NCBI GenBank assembly: GCA_964244115.1 | Contig: CAXTHM010000013.1 | Location: 1,035-65,034 of the forward strand | Origin: an uncultured Thermomicrobiales bacterium | GTDB taxonomy: Bacteria; Chloroflexota; Chloroflexia; Thermomicrobiales; UBA6265 | DNA length: 64,000 nucleotides | Reading direction: 5' to 3' | Shown: positions 10,411 through 19,301 of the stretch, piece by piece | Layout: every line of letters begins with the position of its first letter | How positions within the stretch are numbered: position 1 is the first letter of the stretch | Notes under the pieces: model-generated | What the model was told of the DNA's origin: nothing | What the model saw: only the letters and a program-made list of their open reading frames with translations | Database searches by the model: none | Made by a program: the position numbers and the translations under genes

Positions 10411-11412
10411 CTACTCGTCGTGGACAAACCGGTATCCGTGCCCCCGAACCGTCTCGATCCGCTGCGGGGCGGCGTCCTCTTGCTCGATCTTCTGCCGCAG
10501 CCAGCGGATGTGGACATCGACCGTCCGAGTGTCGATCGGGTAGTCGTAGCCCCAGACATCGCGCAGGAGGGTCTCGCGGGAGTGGACGATGCCGGGCCGG
10601 CGGGCGAAGTGCAGGAGCAGATCGAACTCCTTGGGCTTCAGGACCAGCGGAGCATCGGCCCGCGTGGCCTGCCGCCGCAGTGGGTCGATCATGATGTCGC
10701 CGACCCGGACCGGACGGTCCCCCTGGGGCGGCTGATCAGGCCGGGTGGCCGGCGGTTCCGGCTCGGCCGAGCCCAGCGACCGGCCGGGCATCTGGGCCCG
10801 GCGGAGCATGGCCCGGATCCGCGCGACGAGTTCCCGGAACGCGAATGGCTTCGAGAGGTAGTCGTCCGCGCCGAGCTCCAGCCCGAGGACGCGGTCGAAC
10901 TCCTCGCCACGGGCCGAGAGCAGCAGGATCGGGACGGTCGATTCGGCCCGAATCGTCCGGCAGACCTGGAACCCGTCCATCTTGGGCAACATGATGTCGA
11001 GCACGATCAGGTCGGGATGGTCGGCCCGGGTCGCGGCGAGGGCGGCCGCGCCGTCCTCGACCGCCCGGACCTCGAACCCCTCCCGCCGCAGGTAGAAACT
11101 CAGGGTATCGCGAAGGGTCGGCTCGTCATCGACGATCAGGATGCGGGGTGGTGTCTCGGGGAGATCGGCGACCGAGCCACTCGCGGTGGCCGGGTTCGAG
11201 GATTCGCTCGCCAGGGCGATCTCCCCTGCCCGCCGGGCCTCGAGCGACGATCGGTCGGGTACGGCGCGGGGGCGGGGGGCCGGATTGGGTGTCAGCCACC
11301 CAGGGGCGACGGTCGCGCTGCCACCCCGAGCACCCGCGATGGTTGGCGATCCGGCCTGGTCGCCGTTCTGGGTTCGGACACCCGAGGACGACGGGACCTG
11401 GTCTCTCTGCAT
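10411..11412 (-). CDS. OmpR/PhoB-family response regulator with about 95 aa of N-terminal low-complexity extension
   Basis: Receiver RILIVDDEP...DLIVLDIMLPKMDG. Winged helix LKPKEFDLLLHF...VRGHGYRF. There is no ATG, GTG or TTG between 11412 and the receiver domain. Confidence 0.85.
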   Translation of the reverse strand: MQRDQVPSSSGVRTQNGDQAGSPTIAGARGGSATVAPGWLTPNPAPRPRAVPDRSSLEARRAGEIALASESSNPATASGSVADLPETPPRILIVDDEPTLRDTLSFYLRREGFEVRAVEDGAAALAATRADHPDLIVLDIMLPKMDGFQVCRTIRAESTVPILLLSARGEEFDRVLGLELGADDYLSKPFAFRELVARIRAMLRRAQMPGRSLGSAEPEPPATRPDQPPQGDRPVRVGDIMIDPLRRQATRADAPLVLKPKEFDLLLHFARRPGIVHSRETLLRDVWGYDYPIDTRTVDVHIRWLRQKIEQEDAAPQRIETVRGHGYRFVHDE

Positions 11413-11512
11413 GCCTGCACCGTCTACTGGTCGTGAAAACGCGTCCAGTGCGCAGTATATGGCCCACGGGGACGAATCGGCGCGCCCGGTTCGCTGTCCC
11501 GCTCCGATCGGG

Positions 11513-12589
11513 CTACCCCGCCACGGTGCGATGGGTATGCCGCGTTAACTCGGTCAGTACGCCCGGGTCGGTTTCGGGCAGGATGCCATGACCGAGGTTG
11601 AAGATGTGACCGGGCCGGCCGGCGGCCCGCCGGAGGATGTCGTCGGAGGCCCGACGGGTCACGTCCCAGCCGCCCATGAGCAGCGTCGGGTCCAGGTTGC
11701 CCTGGATCCCCTGCCCGGCGGCCAGCCGGGACCAAGCCGTGTCGAGCGGCAGGCGCCAGTCGACGCTGACGAGATCCGGCCCGGTCGAGGCGATCTGGTC
11801 GAGCAGATGGGACGTGCCGGTGCTGAAGTGGATCGTCGGCGCCAGCCCGCGCAACGCCGCGAAGATCCGAGTCGTGTAGGGCTGGACGAACTCGGCGTAG
11901 GCCTCGGTCCCGAGCAGCCCCAGCCAGGAATCGAACAGTTGGACCGCGTCGGCCCCGGCCGCGATCTGGGCGGTCAGGTAGCGGCTGACGACCTCGGTCA
12001 GCTTCTCCATCAGGAGGTGCCATGTCGCCGGGTCGCCGTACATCAGGGCCTTGGCACGAGGGTATTCCCGCGAGCCGTGGCCTTCGATCAGGTAGCAGGC
12101 CAGGGTGAACGGCGCCCCGCTGAACCCGAGCGAGGCCGCCCGGTCGCCGAGTTCGCGCCGCAGCAGCTTCAGCGCGTCCATCACGTAACCGGTCGCCTCG
12201 TCGGCGTCCGCGATGACGATCCGCTCGACGTCGGCCCGGGTCCGGATCGGCGCGTCGATTACCGGGCCGACCTTCGGCTCGATCCGGAACGGCACGCCCA
12301 TCCCGTCCAAGGGCAGCATGATGTCGGCGAACAGCACCGCCCCATCGACGCCGAAGCGCTCGATCGGCATCAGCGTCGCCTCGACGGCGAGTTCGGGCGT
12401 CTTCGCCACCTCCATGAACGGGTGCCGTGCCCGGAGCGCCCGGTACTCCGGCAGGCATCGGCCAGCCTGCCGCATGTACCAGACGGGGGTGACGTCGACC
12501 GCCGCCCCGCGGGTGGCGGCGAGCAGTCGGGCGCGACCCGTCATCGTTCCAGGCACCGCGATGCTGGTCGTCTCGGCGACGTCAGTCAT
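11513..12589 (-). CDS. hemE: Uroporphyrinogen decarboxylase
   Basis: PVWYMRQAGR motif and URO-D family features. ATG at 12589 with GGAGGAG upstream. Confidence 0.9.
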   Translation of the reverse strand: MTDVAETTSIAVPGTMTGRARLLAATRGAAVDVTPVWYMRQAGRCLPEYRALRARHPFMEVAKTPELAVEATLMPIERFGVDGAVLFADIMLPLDGMGVPFRIEPKVGPVIDAPIRTRADVERIVIADADEATGYVMDALKLLRRELGDRAASLGFSGAPFTLACYLIEGHGSREYPRAKALMYGDPATWHLLMEKLTEVVSRYLTAQIAAGADAVQLFDSWLGLLGTEAYAEFVQPYTTRIFAALRGLAPTIHFSTGTSHLLDQIASTGPDLVSVDWRLPLDTAWSRLAAGQGIQGNLDPTLLMGGWDVTRRASDDILRRAAGRPGHIFNLGHGILPETDPGVLTELTRHTHRTVAG

Positions 12590-12639
12590 ATCACTCCTCC
12601 GTTCAGAACCATCATCGGCCATGCAAATTGCCTGCATCG

Positions 12640-13647
12640 TCACCGCTTCTTCGCCAGCCAAACGGCCGCTTCCTTGGCGTGGTAGGTGATGATCCGGTCG
12701 GCGCCGGCTCGCTTCATCGACGTCAGTACTTCGAGCGTGACCCGCTCCCCGTCGATCCAGCCGGCCTGGCTGGCCGCCTTAACCATCGCGTATTCGCCCG
12801 AGACGTTGTAGGCCACGATCGGGACGTCGAAGCGGTCCCGCGCCTGCCGGACAATGTCCAGGTAGGCCATCGCCGGTTTGGCGATGATCAGGTCGGCGCC
12901 TTCGGTGAGGTCGGTCTCGATCTCGCGCATCGCCTCGCGGGCGTTGCCGGGGTCCATCTGGTGGCTACGCCGGTCCCCGAACGCCGGCTCGCTCCCGGCG
13001 GCCTCCCGGAACGGGCCGTAGAAGCCGCTGGCATACTTGGCGGCATAGGACATCACCGGGAGATCGACGAACCCGGCGCCGTCCAGCGCCGCCCGGATGA
13101 CGGCGACCCGCCCGTCCATCATGTCCGACGGCGCGACGATGTCGGCCCCGGCGGCGGCGTGGGAGACGGTCGTCCGGGCCAGCAGCGGCAGCGTCAGGTC
13201 GTTGTCGACCTGCCCGTCGACGAGGATGCCGCAGTGGCCGTGGCTGGTGTACTCGCAGGTGCAGACGTCGGTGATCACGACCATGTCCGGCGCGTGGGCC
13301 TTGATGGCCCGGACGGCCCGCTGGACGACGCCGTCGTCGTCGTAGGCACCGCTCGCCAGGTCGTCCTTGTGGTCCGGCAGCCCGAACAGGAGCACGGCGC
13401 CGATGCCCAGCCCGATCAGCTCGTCGATCTCAGCGCGCAACAGGTCGACCGAGCGCTGGAACTGGCCCGGCATCGAGCCGATCTCGCTCCGGCGCCCGGT
13501 CCCCTCGGTGACGAACAGCGGGTAGATGAAGTCCTCGGCCGAGAGCCGGGTCTCGCGGACGAGCGCCCGGATGCCCGCCGAGCGGCGTAGCCGGCGGTGC
13601 CGGGCAAACCCGGTCGCGATCTCCTGGGTCTGAATGGGCGATGTCAT
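12640..13647 (-). CDS. hemB: Porphobilinogen synthase (delta-aminolevulinate dehydratase), Zn type
   Basis: [14 protein letters not shown] cysteine-rich Zn site and active-site lysines context. The ATG at 13647 overlaps the hemC/D stop as ATGA. Confidence 0.9.
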   Translation of the reverse strand: MTSPIQTQEIATGFARHRRLRRSAGIRALVRETRLSAEDFIYPLFVTEGTGRRSEIGSMPGQFQRSVDLLRAEIDELIGLGIGAVLLFGLPDHKDDLASGAYDDDGVVQRAVRAIKAHAPDMVVITDVCTCEYTSHGHCGILVDGQVDNDLTLPLLARTTVSHAAAGADIVAPSDMMDGRVAVIRAALDGAGFVDLPVMSYAAKYASGFYGPFREAAGSEPAFGDRRSHQMDPGNAREAMREIETDLTEGADLIIAKPAMAYLDIVRQARDRFDVPIVAYNVSGEYAMVKAASQAGWIDGERVTLEVLTSMKRAGADRIITYHAKEAAVWLAKKR

Positions 13648-15536
13648 GATTGCGATCCTGACTGGCATGTCTGCTGGGTGACGAGGGACGTGTCGCCGTC
13701 AGCATCTTCGAGTGCCCCACGAACGGCTTCGATCAGCCTCTCGTCGGATGGTCGTTCGGCGACCGCCGCCACATCGAGATCGAGTCGTCGAAGTTCGGCG
13801 GCGGTGGTCGGGCCGATCGCGACCAGCCGGACGTCCCCCAGTGTCGCCCAGTCCGGCCCGAGGAGACCGACGAGGTGGCGAACCGCGGAGGGCGACGCGA
13901 AGACCGCCACGTCGATGTCGCCTTGCAGCAGAGCGGCGCGGACCCCCGGTGAGAGACCAGCGGGCTGATCGACCCGGTAGACCTCGGTCGCGATGACGGT
14001 CGCGCCGGCCGATCGGAGACTGCTCGCGAGATCGTCCCCGGCGAGGTTCCCCTGCGGCAGCCAGATCGTCTGTCCGATCAGTCCCATGTCGGTCAGCTCC
14101 GCCGCCAGGCTGGCCGCATCGGCGCGTCGAGCGACCAGACTGGGCTCGACACCCAGCGACCGGAGCCGCGCCGCCGTCGCTTCGCCCACGACAGCCACCC
14201 GGACGGGCGCCAGGACATCACGCAGCCCCGTCCCGCTGGCCGTGTTGGCGAGGATGCCGTCGATCCCGTTAGCGCTAGTCAGCACGACCCAGTCGATCTC
14301 GCCCGCCTGAACGTGACCGATCATCGCCTCCGCCACAGGACCGCGGGACGGCTCGATGAGCAGCATCGGCTCGACCACGGCGCTGGCCCCGACCGACTCG
14401 AGCGCCGATCCCAGCGCGATACCGGCCCCGCCCGGTCTGGTGACGAGAACCGATGGCCGGGTCGGTCCGCCGAGCGTCGGTCGGCCTCTGGACCGGCGGT
14501 CCCCGCGGACGAGGCCGAGCATCTCCCGCGCGACCCGTCCGGCGCCGTCCTCGCTGCCCTCGGCGGCCATGTCGTAGAGGCCCCACCGGGCGTCGAGCAG
14601 ATTCGGCGAGGCGACCATCGCCCGGAGCCGGATCTCGTCGCCTTCGACGGTGACATGGGCGCCGACCGGGGTCGTGCATCCCGCCCCGATCGCGCGGAGG
14701 AAGGCCCGCTCGGCCCGGACGCACCGGGCGACATCGGGCTCGTCGAGGTCGGCCGCGTGACGGGCCATGCCCGGATCGTCCCGCCGGGTCTCCAGTGCCA
14801 ACGCGGCTTGCCCCGGCGCCGGGACGAACTGTCCCAGGGCCAGGTACTCGGTGATCCGGTCGTGCCAGCCGAGCCGGTGCAAACCGGCGGCGGCGAGGAC
14901 CACGGCGTCGAGGTCCCCTTCGGTCGCCCGCCGGATGCGAGTGTCGATGTTGCCGCGCAGGTCGACGATCGCCAGGTCCGGGCGGACGGCCATCACCTGG
15001 GCGATCCGGCGGCGGGAGGATGTGCCGATCCGGGCACCGACGGGGAGCGATCCGAAGTCGGCGCCGGTCTTCGAGATCAGGACGTCGCGCGGGTCCTGAC
15101 GGGAGAGGAACGCGACGAGCTCGAGATCGGGATGCTCGACGGTCGGCAGGTCCTTTGCCGAGTGGACGGCAATGTCGATCTCGTGCCGCAGCAGCGCCTC
15201 CTGCAGCGCCGAGGTGAAGACGCCCTGGCCCCCGAGGACCGCCAGCGAGGTCGTCTGGTCCGCGTCACCCTGCGTGCGGACGACGACGAGTTCCGATGGG
15301 ATCTGGCGTTCGGCCAGCATCCCGGCAACGAGACACGCCTGAGCGAGGGCGAGCGCGGACCCCCGCGTCCCGATCCTGACCGGGGTCACGTCGGTCTCGA
15401 CGTTCAACGACTGATACTGATCGGTACTCAAGGGAGACTTTCTCTCGATGTGGGTCTTCGCCGGTCGAGATCGATCCGCGGCCGATCGCCGGCCCGATGC
15501 AACCATCATGGTAGGTTCCGGAGAAAGGCCTGTCAC
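13644..15536 (-). CDS. hemC: Fused hydroxymethylbilane synthase / uroporphyrinogen-III synthase (HemC-HemD)
   Basis: N-terminal half has [13 protein letters not shown] and GNIDTR (HemC). C-terminal half has LVTRPGG...WVVLTSANG...VFASPSAV (HEM4/HemD). The start is uncertain, with an alternative TTG near 15431. Confidence 0.85.
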   Translation of the reverse strand: MTGLSPEPTMMVASGRRSAADRSRPAKTHIERKSPLSTDQYQSLNVETDVTPVRIGTRGSALALAQACLVAGMLAERQIPSELVVVRTQGDADQTTSLAVLGGQGVFTSALQEALLRHEIDIAVHSAKDLPTVEHPDLELVAFLSRQDPRDVLISKTGADFGSLPVGARIGTSSRRRIAQVMAVRPDLAIVDLRGNIDTRIRRATEGDLDAVVLAAAGLHRLGWHDRITEYLALGQFVPAPGQAALALETRRDDPGMARHAADLDEPDVARCVRAERAFLRAIGAGCTTPVGAHVTVEGDEIRLRAMVASPNLLDARWGLYDMAAEGSEDGAGRVAREMLGLVRGDRRSRGRPTLGGPTRPSVLVTRPGGAGIALGSALESVGASAVVEPMLLIEPSRGPVAEAMIGHVQAGEIDWVVLTSANGIDGILANTASGTGLRDVLAPVRVAVVGEATAARLRSLGVEPSLVARRADAASLAAELTDMGLIGQTIWLPQGNLAGDDLASSLRSAGATVIATEVYRVDQPAGLSPGVRAALLQGDIDVAVFASPSAVRHLVGLLGPDWATLGDVRLVAIGPTTAAELRRLDLDVAAVAERPSDERLIEAVRGALEDADGDTSLVTQQTCQSGSQS

Positions 15537-15683
15537 GCCGGCGGCGCCTCACCGTGGCAGCCCTGCCGGGGACCATCGGGAATGGTCCCGGCCAGATCCT
15601 GCCCTCCTGACCGAGCCACGTCCGTCCGGGTTCGATCGACAGCGTGATCGGCGGCGGCACCCTGCGACGATGCCGATGAAGTG

Positions 15684-15692
15684 TGATAGGAT
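15684..15692 (+). promoter_or_regulatory. Candidate extended -10 promoter (TGaTAGGAT) for rplU
   Basis: TGATAGGAT about 120 nt upstream of the rplU ORF start. No good -35. Confidence 0.3.
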
Positions 15693-15811
15693 GTCCCGTC
15701 TGCGGACGCCTGTGCGTCCCATTTCGTGTGCCCGCCGCACCCGGGCCGGGGTTGCGGGCGCGGGCAGCCGTGTCAGCTTGTCCAACGATCCAAGCCCGAA
15801 AGTGACAGAGC

Positions 15812-16504
15812 ATGAGCGATTCGACGAATGAGAACGCCCAGAACCCGATCCTGGCTGGCAGCGACGCGCCGGTTGCCCCGGACACCGCGCCGGAGACAGT
15901 CAGCGCCGAGCTGCTGACGGACGACGAGGCGGCCGTCGTCGGCTCCGTCGCGTCCCCCGGTGAGGCCGCCGACACGACGGACGACGCCGAGACCCTCGCT
16001 CCGACCGCCGCCGTCGCGTCGGACGACGCCGAGACCATCGCGCTGGCGGCTGTGGATGCGACGGGCGACGCCGAGACCATCGCGCCGACCGCTGTCACGC
16101 TGCCGGTCATGGCCGCGCCGGGACAGGGCAAGCGCTCGGCGGACCGCTCGAAGCGCGGGCCGATCCGCCCCGAGGGACCCAAGCCGCTCGGCCACTACGC
16201 GGTAATCGAGACCGGGGGCAAGCAGTACCGAGTCAGCGTCGGTGACCGGATCGCCGTCGAGCGGCTCGAAGGTGACGAGGGGTCCGAAGTCACCCTCGAT
16301 CGCGTACTGATGGTCGGCGGCGACGGAGCTCCCCAGATCGGGGCTCCGATGCTGGACGGCGTCGCCGTCACCGCCACGATCGAGAACCAGTACCGGGGCG
16401 AGAAGATCATCGTCTTCAAGATGAAGCCGAAGAAGCGCTACCGTCGTCGGACCGGCCATCGCCAGAACCTCACCCGTCTGTCGATCACGGCCATCAACGC
16501 CTAG
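15812..16504 (+). CDS. rplU: Ribosomal protein L21 with a long acidic repeat-containing N-terminal extension
   Basis: C-terminal 105 aa YAVIETGGKQYRV...KKRYRRRTGHRQ is canonical L21. The upstream 125 aa keep GC3 bias and contain three DDAET(L/I)A repeats. An alternative start at the ATG around 16109 would shorten the extension to about 29 aa. Confidence 0.85.
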   Translation: MSDSTNENAQNPILAGSDAPVAPDTAPETVSAELLTDDEAAVVGSVASPGEAADTTDDAETLAPTAAVASDDAETIALAAVDATGDAETIAPTAVTLPVMAAPGQGKRSADRSKRGPIRPEGPKPLGHYAVIETGGKQYRVSVGDRIAVERLEGDEGSEVTLDRVLMVGGDGAPQIGAPMLDGVAVTATIENQYRGEKIIVFKMKPKKRYRRRTGHRQNLTRLSITAINA

Positions 16505-16550
16505 TCCTACCCGACTGGTCCTGTTCGGTCTCGTCTGAGGGAGAACCCAC

Positions 16551-16922
16551 ATGGCTCACAAGAAGGGCGCCGGTAGTTCGCGCAACGGTCGCGACAGTCA
16601 GGCACAACGGCTCGGCGTCAAGCGCGCCGACGGCCAGCTGATCAACTGCGGCACGATCATCGTTCGCCAGCGTGGGACCGAGTTCCACGTCGGTGAGAAC
16701 GTCGGCATCGGCAAGGACCATACGATCTTCGCCAAGATCGACGGGGTCGTCCGGTTCGAGCCGATCAGCCGCTTCCGCCGCCGGATCAGCGTCTACCCGC
16801 CGGAGGTCTATCCCGTCGGTGGGGCCAAGGCCATGCTGATGACGCCGGGCGAAGCCCAGCGCCTGACGATGGCCGCCGCGATCCCGGTGGTCGCGACGCT
16901 GGACGAGCTCGCCGCCGACTAA
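16551..16922 (+). CDS. rpmA: Ribosomal protein L27 with about 35 aa C-terminal extension
   Basis: [24 protein letters not shown]... is canonical L27. Confidence 0.95.
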   Translation: MAHKKGAGSSRNGRDSQAQRLGVKRADGQLINCGTIIVRQRGTEFHVGENVGIGKDHTIFAKIDGVVRFEPISRFRRRISVYPPEVYPVGGAKAMLMTPGEAQRLTMAAAIPVVATLDELAAD

Positions 16923-16950
16923 CGATCGGTGAGCGGCTGACCGCGAGACG

Positions 16951-16959
16951 TGGTATCAT
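16951..16959 (+). promoter_or_regulatory. Candidate extended -10 promoter (TGgTATCAT) for rpmE
   Basis: TGGTATCAT sits 98 nt upstream of the rpmE ATG. Confidence 0.35.
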
Positions 16960-16968
16960 TATGTCATT

Positions 16969-16998
16969 GAACCGGTCGGGCCCAGGTTCGGCCGGTTC
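16969..16998 (+). promoter_or_regulatory. Leader hairpin between rpmA and rpmE
   Basis: GAACCGGTCG...CGGCCGGTTC, a 10-bp stem with one mismatch. Could be an rpmA terminator-like element or an rpmE 5' UTR structure. Confidence 0.4.
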
Positions 16999-17056
16999 GT
17001 CTTGTGTGCAGGCTGGATGGCGATCAGTCTGTCGTAGATCAAGAGGTACTCCACCC

Positions 17057-17455
17057 ATGAAGCCAGGTCTCCACCCCACCTACACCACGGCCACCGTCAC
17101 CTGCGCCTGTGGCAACACCTTCGAGACCCGCTCCACGAAGGCGACGATCCGGACGGACATCTGCGGTGTCTGTCACCCGTTCTACACCGGTGAGCAGCGC
17201 ATCATCGACACGGCTGGTCAGGTCGAGCGCTTCATGAAGCGCATGGAAGCCGGCCAGTCGTCCGAGCGCAAGGTGTCCAAGCGCCAGCAGCGCCTCCAGG
17301 TCCGCAGCGCCGCCCAGATGGAAGCCGACGCCCGTCAGCGCGAGGCCGAGGCCCGCGAGCGAGAGGCGACCGCCGGTCGCAACCGCGCCGCCGCTCCGGC
17401 CGCCGGTGTCGAGGCTCAGGCCGAGGCCATCGAAACGGCCGACGCTCAGGCCTGA
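17057..17455 (+). CDS. rpmE: Ribosomal protein L31 (Zn-binding type) with a C-terminal charged extension
   Basis: MKPGLHPTY...CACGNTF...[13 protein letters not shown] at 17057 preceded by AAGAGG. Confidence 0.9.
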   Translation: MKPGLHPTYTTATVTCACGNTFETRSTKATIRTDICGVCHPFYTGEQRIIDTAGQVERFMKRMEAGQSSERKVSKRQQRLQVRSAAQMEADARQREAEAREREATAGRNRAAAPAAGVEAQAEAIETADAQA

Positions 17456-17475
17456 TCACTGCAACTACGACCAAC

Positions 17476-17519
17476 GAGAGCGGGACCGGCCGATGGCTGG
17501 TCCCGCTCTCGTCGTTTTT
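17476..17519 (+). terminator. Intrinsic terminator after rpmE
   Basis: GAGAGCGGGACC, 11-nt loop, GGTCCCGCTCTC, followed by GTCGTTTTT. Confidence 0.75.
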
Positions 17520-17532
17520 CCGCTGGACGGCG

Positions 17533-17655
17533 TTGCTCCCCTCTCCGGGCACCTGCGGAGCCGCAGCACAGCGAGCGCCGCGTGGGGCGGGGGAGCCAAG
17601 CAGGTGAGCCGGAGAGAGGTCTCGCTTCGCTGGGGGAAGCAGTCTGCGCCGCCAC
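17533..17655 (-). repeat. Intergenic structured repeat, X-type, copy 2 (reverse orientation, no TIRs seen)
   Basis: TTGCTCCCCTCTCCGGGCACCTGCGGAGCC...GCGAGCGCCGCGTGGGGCGGG...GTCTGCGCCGCCAC is the reverse complement of blocks in copies 1 and 4. Confidence 0.65.
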
Positions 17656-17680
17656 CGCGCGACGTTCGACAAGACACGCC

Positions 17681-18607
17681 TTACTCCGCTACCGCATCCG
17701 AGGCGGTATGTTGGCGGGATGATGACGCCCGGAAGCCCCGGAGTTGCCCGAGGCGCATGTTGCTCATCATCGCCGCCGAGGCGAGGATGACGGCGAACCC
17801 GACGAATGTGCCGAGCGAGAGTCTCTCGTCGAGCAGCAACGCGCCCCAGAGCACCCCGAAGGCCGGCGTGAAGTAGGTGGCGATGTTGGCCCGGAACGGA
17901 CCGATCCTCCGCATCAGGCGGAAGAACAGCAGGTAGGCCACCCCGGTCGTGAACAGGCCCAGCCCGAGTACCGACAGGATCGCCTCGTCCGACGGGCGGG
18001 ACGCCGGGACGGTGGCGGCGGCGAACGGCAGCAGCACCACGGCGGCCGTCAGTTGCTGCATGATCGGGATCGCCACTCCCGCCTTGGTCCGGAGCATCCG
18101 GGCCGAGTAGTGCGTCCCGATGCCGTAGCACAGCGCGGCCCCGACGACGGCGGCGATCGAGAGGATGACGCCGAGACCAAACGTCAGCGGCGTCCAGCCG
18201 ACGAGCAGGACCACCCCGCCCAGACCGAACGTGACTCCGGCCATCTGCCGGCCCGACAGCGGATCGCGCAACCAGACTCAGCCGACCAGGGCGGTGAAGA
18301 CCGGGGTCGTCGCGATCAGGATCGAGGAGATGGATGCGGGTAGCTCCGTCGCCGCGAACGAGATCAGCGTGAACGGGATCGCCGTGTTCATCGTTCCGAG
18401 CAGCAGGTACTGGCGCCAGCGGGTCCGGATGTCGAGGCTGATCCCACCCGGCAGCGCGACGGCGAGCAGCAGCAGTCCACCGATGATGACCCGGAGGTCG
18501 GCGACCGGCACCGGGTTGAACTCGGGGGACGCCACCCGCATGAAGAGGAACGACGCGCCCCAGAGCGCGCCGAGCGTGAACAGACCAGCGATGTCGATCG
18601 GCCGCAT
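17681..18607 (-). pseudogene. EamA/DMT-family transporter interrupted by one in-frame TGA (18278-18280)
   Basis: ORFs 18278..18796 and 17681..18271 are in the same frame and read ...TPVFTALVG*VWLRDPLSGRQMAG.... Together they give about 10 TM segments, typical of a two-EamA-domain protein. Confidence 0.7.
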
Positions 18608-18737
18608 GTGACCTGCTTCCCTGCTGGCAAAGGTGGGGCCGTCCGGCCTGAGATGATCGCGTATCCTTGCCACGCGCCGGAGACGAACGAATCGCGCCCG
18701 ACGCGCCCGTAGCTCCACCGAGGATGACCAGCCCGAC

Positions 18738-19301
18738 ATGACAGCGCCGCCGCCGTACCCCACCACCCGGACGTCGACCGGTGAGGTCCCCTGCACCTAT
18801 CACAAGGACGTCATGACACGGCTGCGCTGCTCCCGCTGCGCTAAGCCCATCTGCCCGAAGGAAGCGGTCCGGACGCCGGTCGGTCTGCGCTGCCCGGATT
18901 GCGCCGGCGTCCGCGGCCTGCCGACGTACCGCACCCCCTCGACCTCGATCGCCCGCGCGGCGGGACTCGGCCTCGCCGTGGCGGTGGTCGTCGGGGTCGT
19001 CTGGGGCTTCTTCCCGGCCTGGCAATTCTACCTTGCCCTCGCGCTCGGATTCGGCTCCGTCGAGGTCATGGCCCGGGCGGCCAAATTCAAGCGCGGCCGG
19101 GATCTCCAGTTGACGGCGATCGCGATCGTCGTCGTCGGGCTGGCCGTCAGCCGGATCGTGCTGTCGCAGCGGCTCGACATCCCGCTCGGCGAGATCAATC
19201 AACTCGGCGACTTCGCCACGTACTATCTCCAGTTGCGCCTGATCCCGGACCTGATCTACGCCGTCATCCCGATCCTGATCGCCTGGTTCCGGTTCCGGTG
19301 A
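18738..19301 (+). CDS. B-box/zinc-ribbon membrane protein
   Basis: N-terminal CTYH-x8-CSRCAKPIC-x11-CPDC followed by 4 hydrophobic segments. The stop overlaps the murJ GTG as GTGA. Confidence 0.6.
   Translation: MTAPPPYPTTRTSTGEVPCTYHKDVMTRLRCSRCAKPICPKEAVRTPVGLRCPDCAGVRGLPTYRTPSTSIARAAGLGLAVAVVVGVVWGFFPAWQFYLALALGFGSVEVMARAAKFKRGRDLQLTAIAIVVVGLAVSRIVLSQRLDIPLGEINQLGDFATYYLQLRLIPDLIYAVIPILIAWFRFR

Noticed and set aside
15265-16182. 305-aa minus-strand ORF overlapping the L21 N-terminal extension.
   Set aside because: The low-complexity Ser/Ala repeats mirror the acidic repeats on the plus strand. The plus-strand frame is continuous with canonical L21.
18278-18280. In-frame TGA (and TAG at 61420-61422) as selenocysteine or pyrrolysine recoding.
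   Set aside because: There is no downstream SECIS-like hairpin or Pyl context, and neither protein family is a known seleno- or Pyl-protein. Nonsense mutation or sequencing error is more parsimonious.
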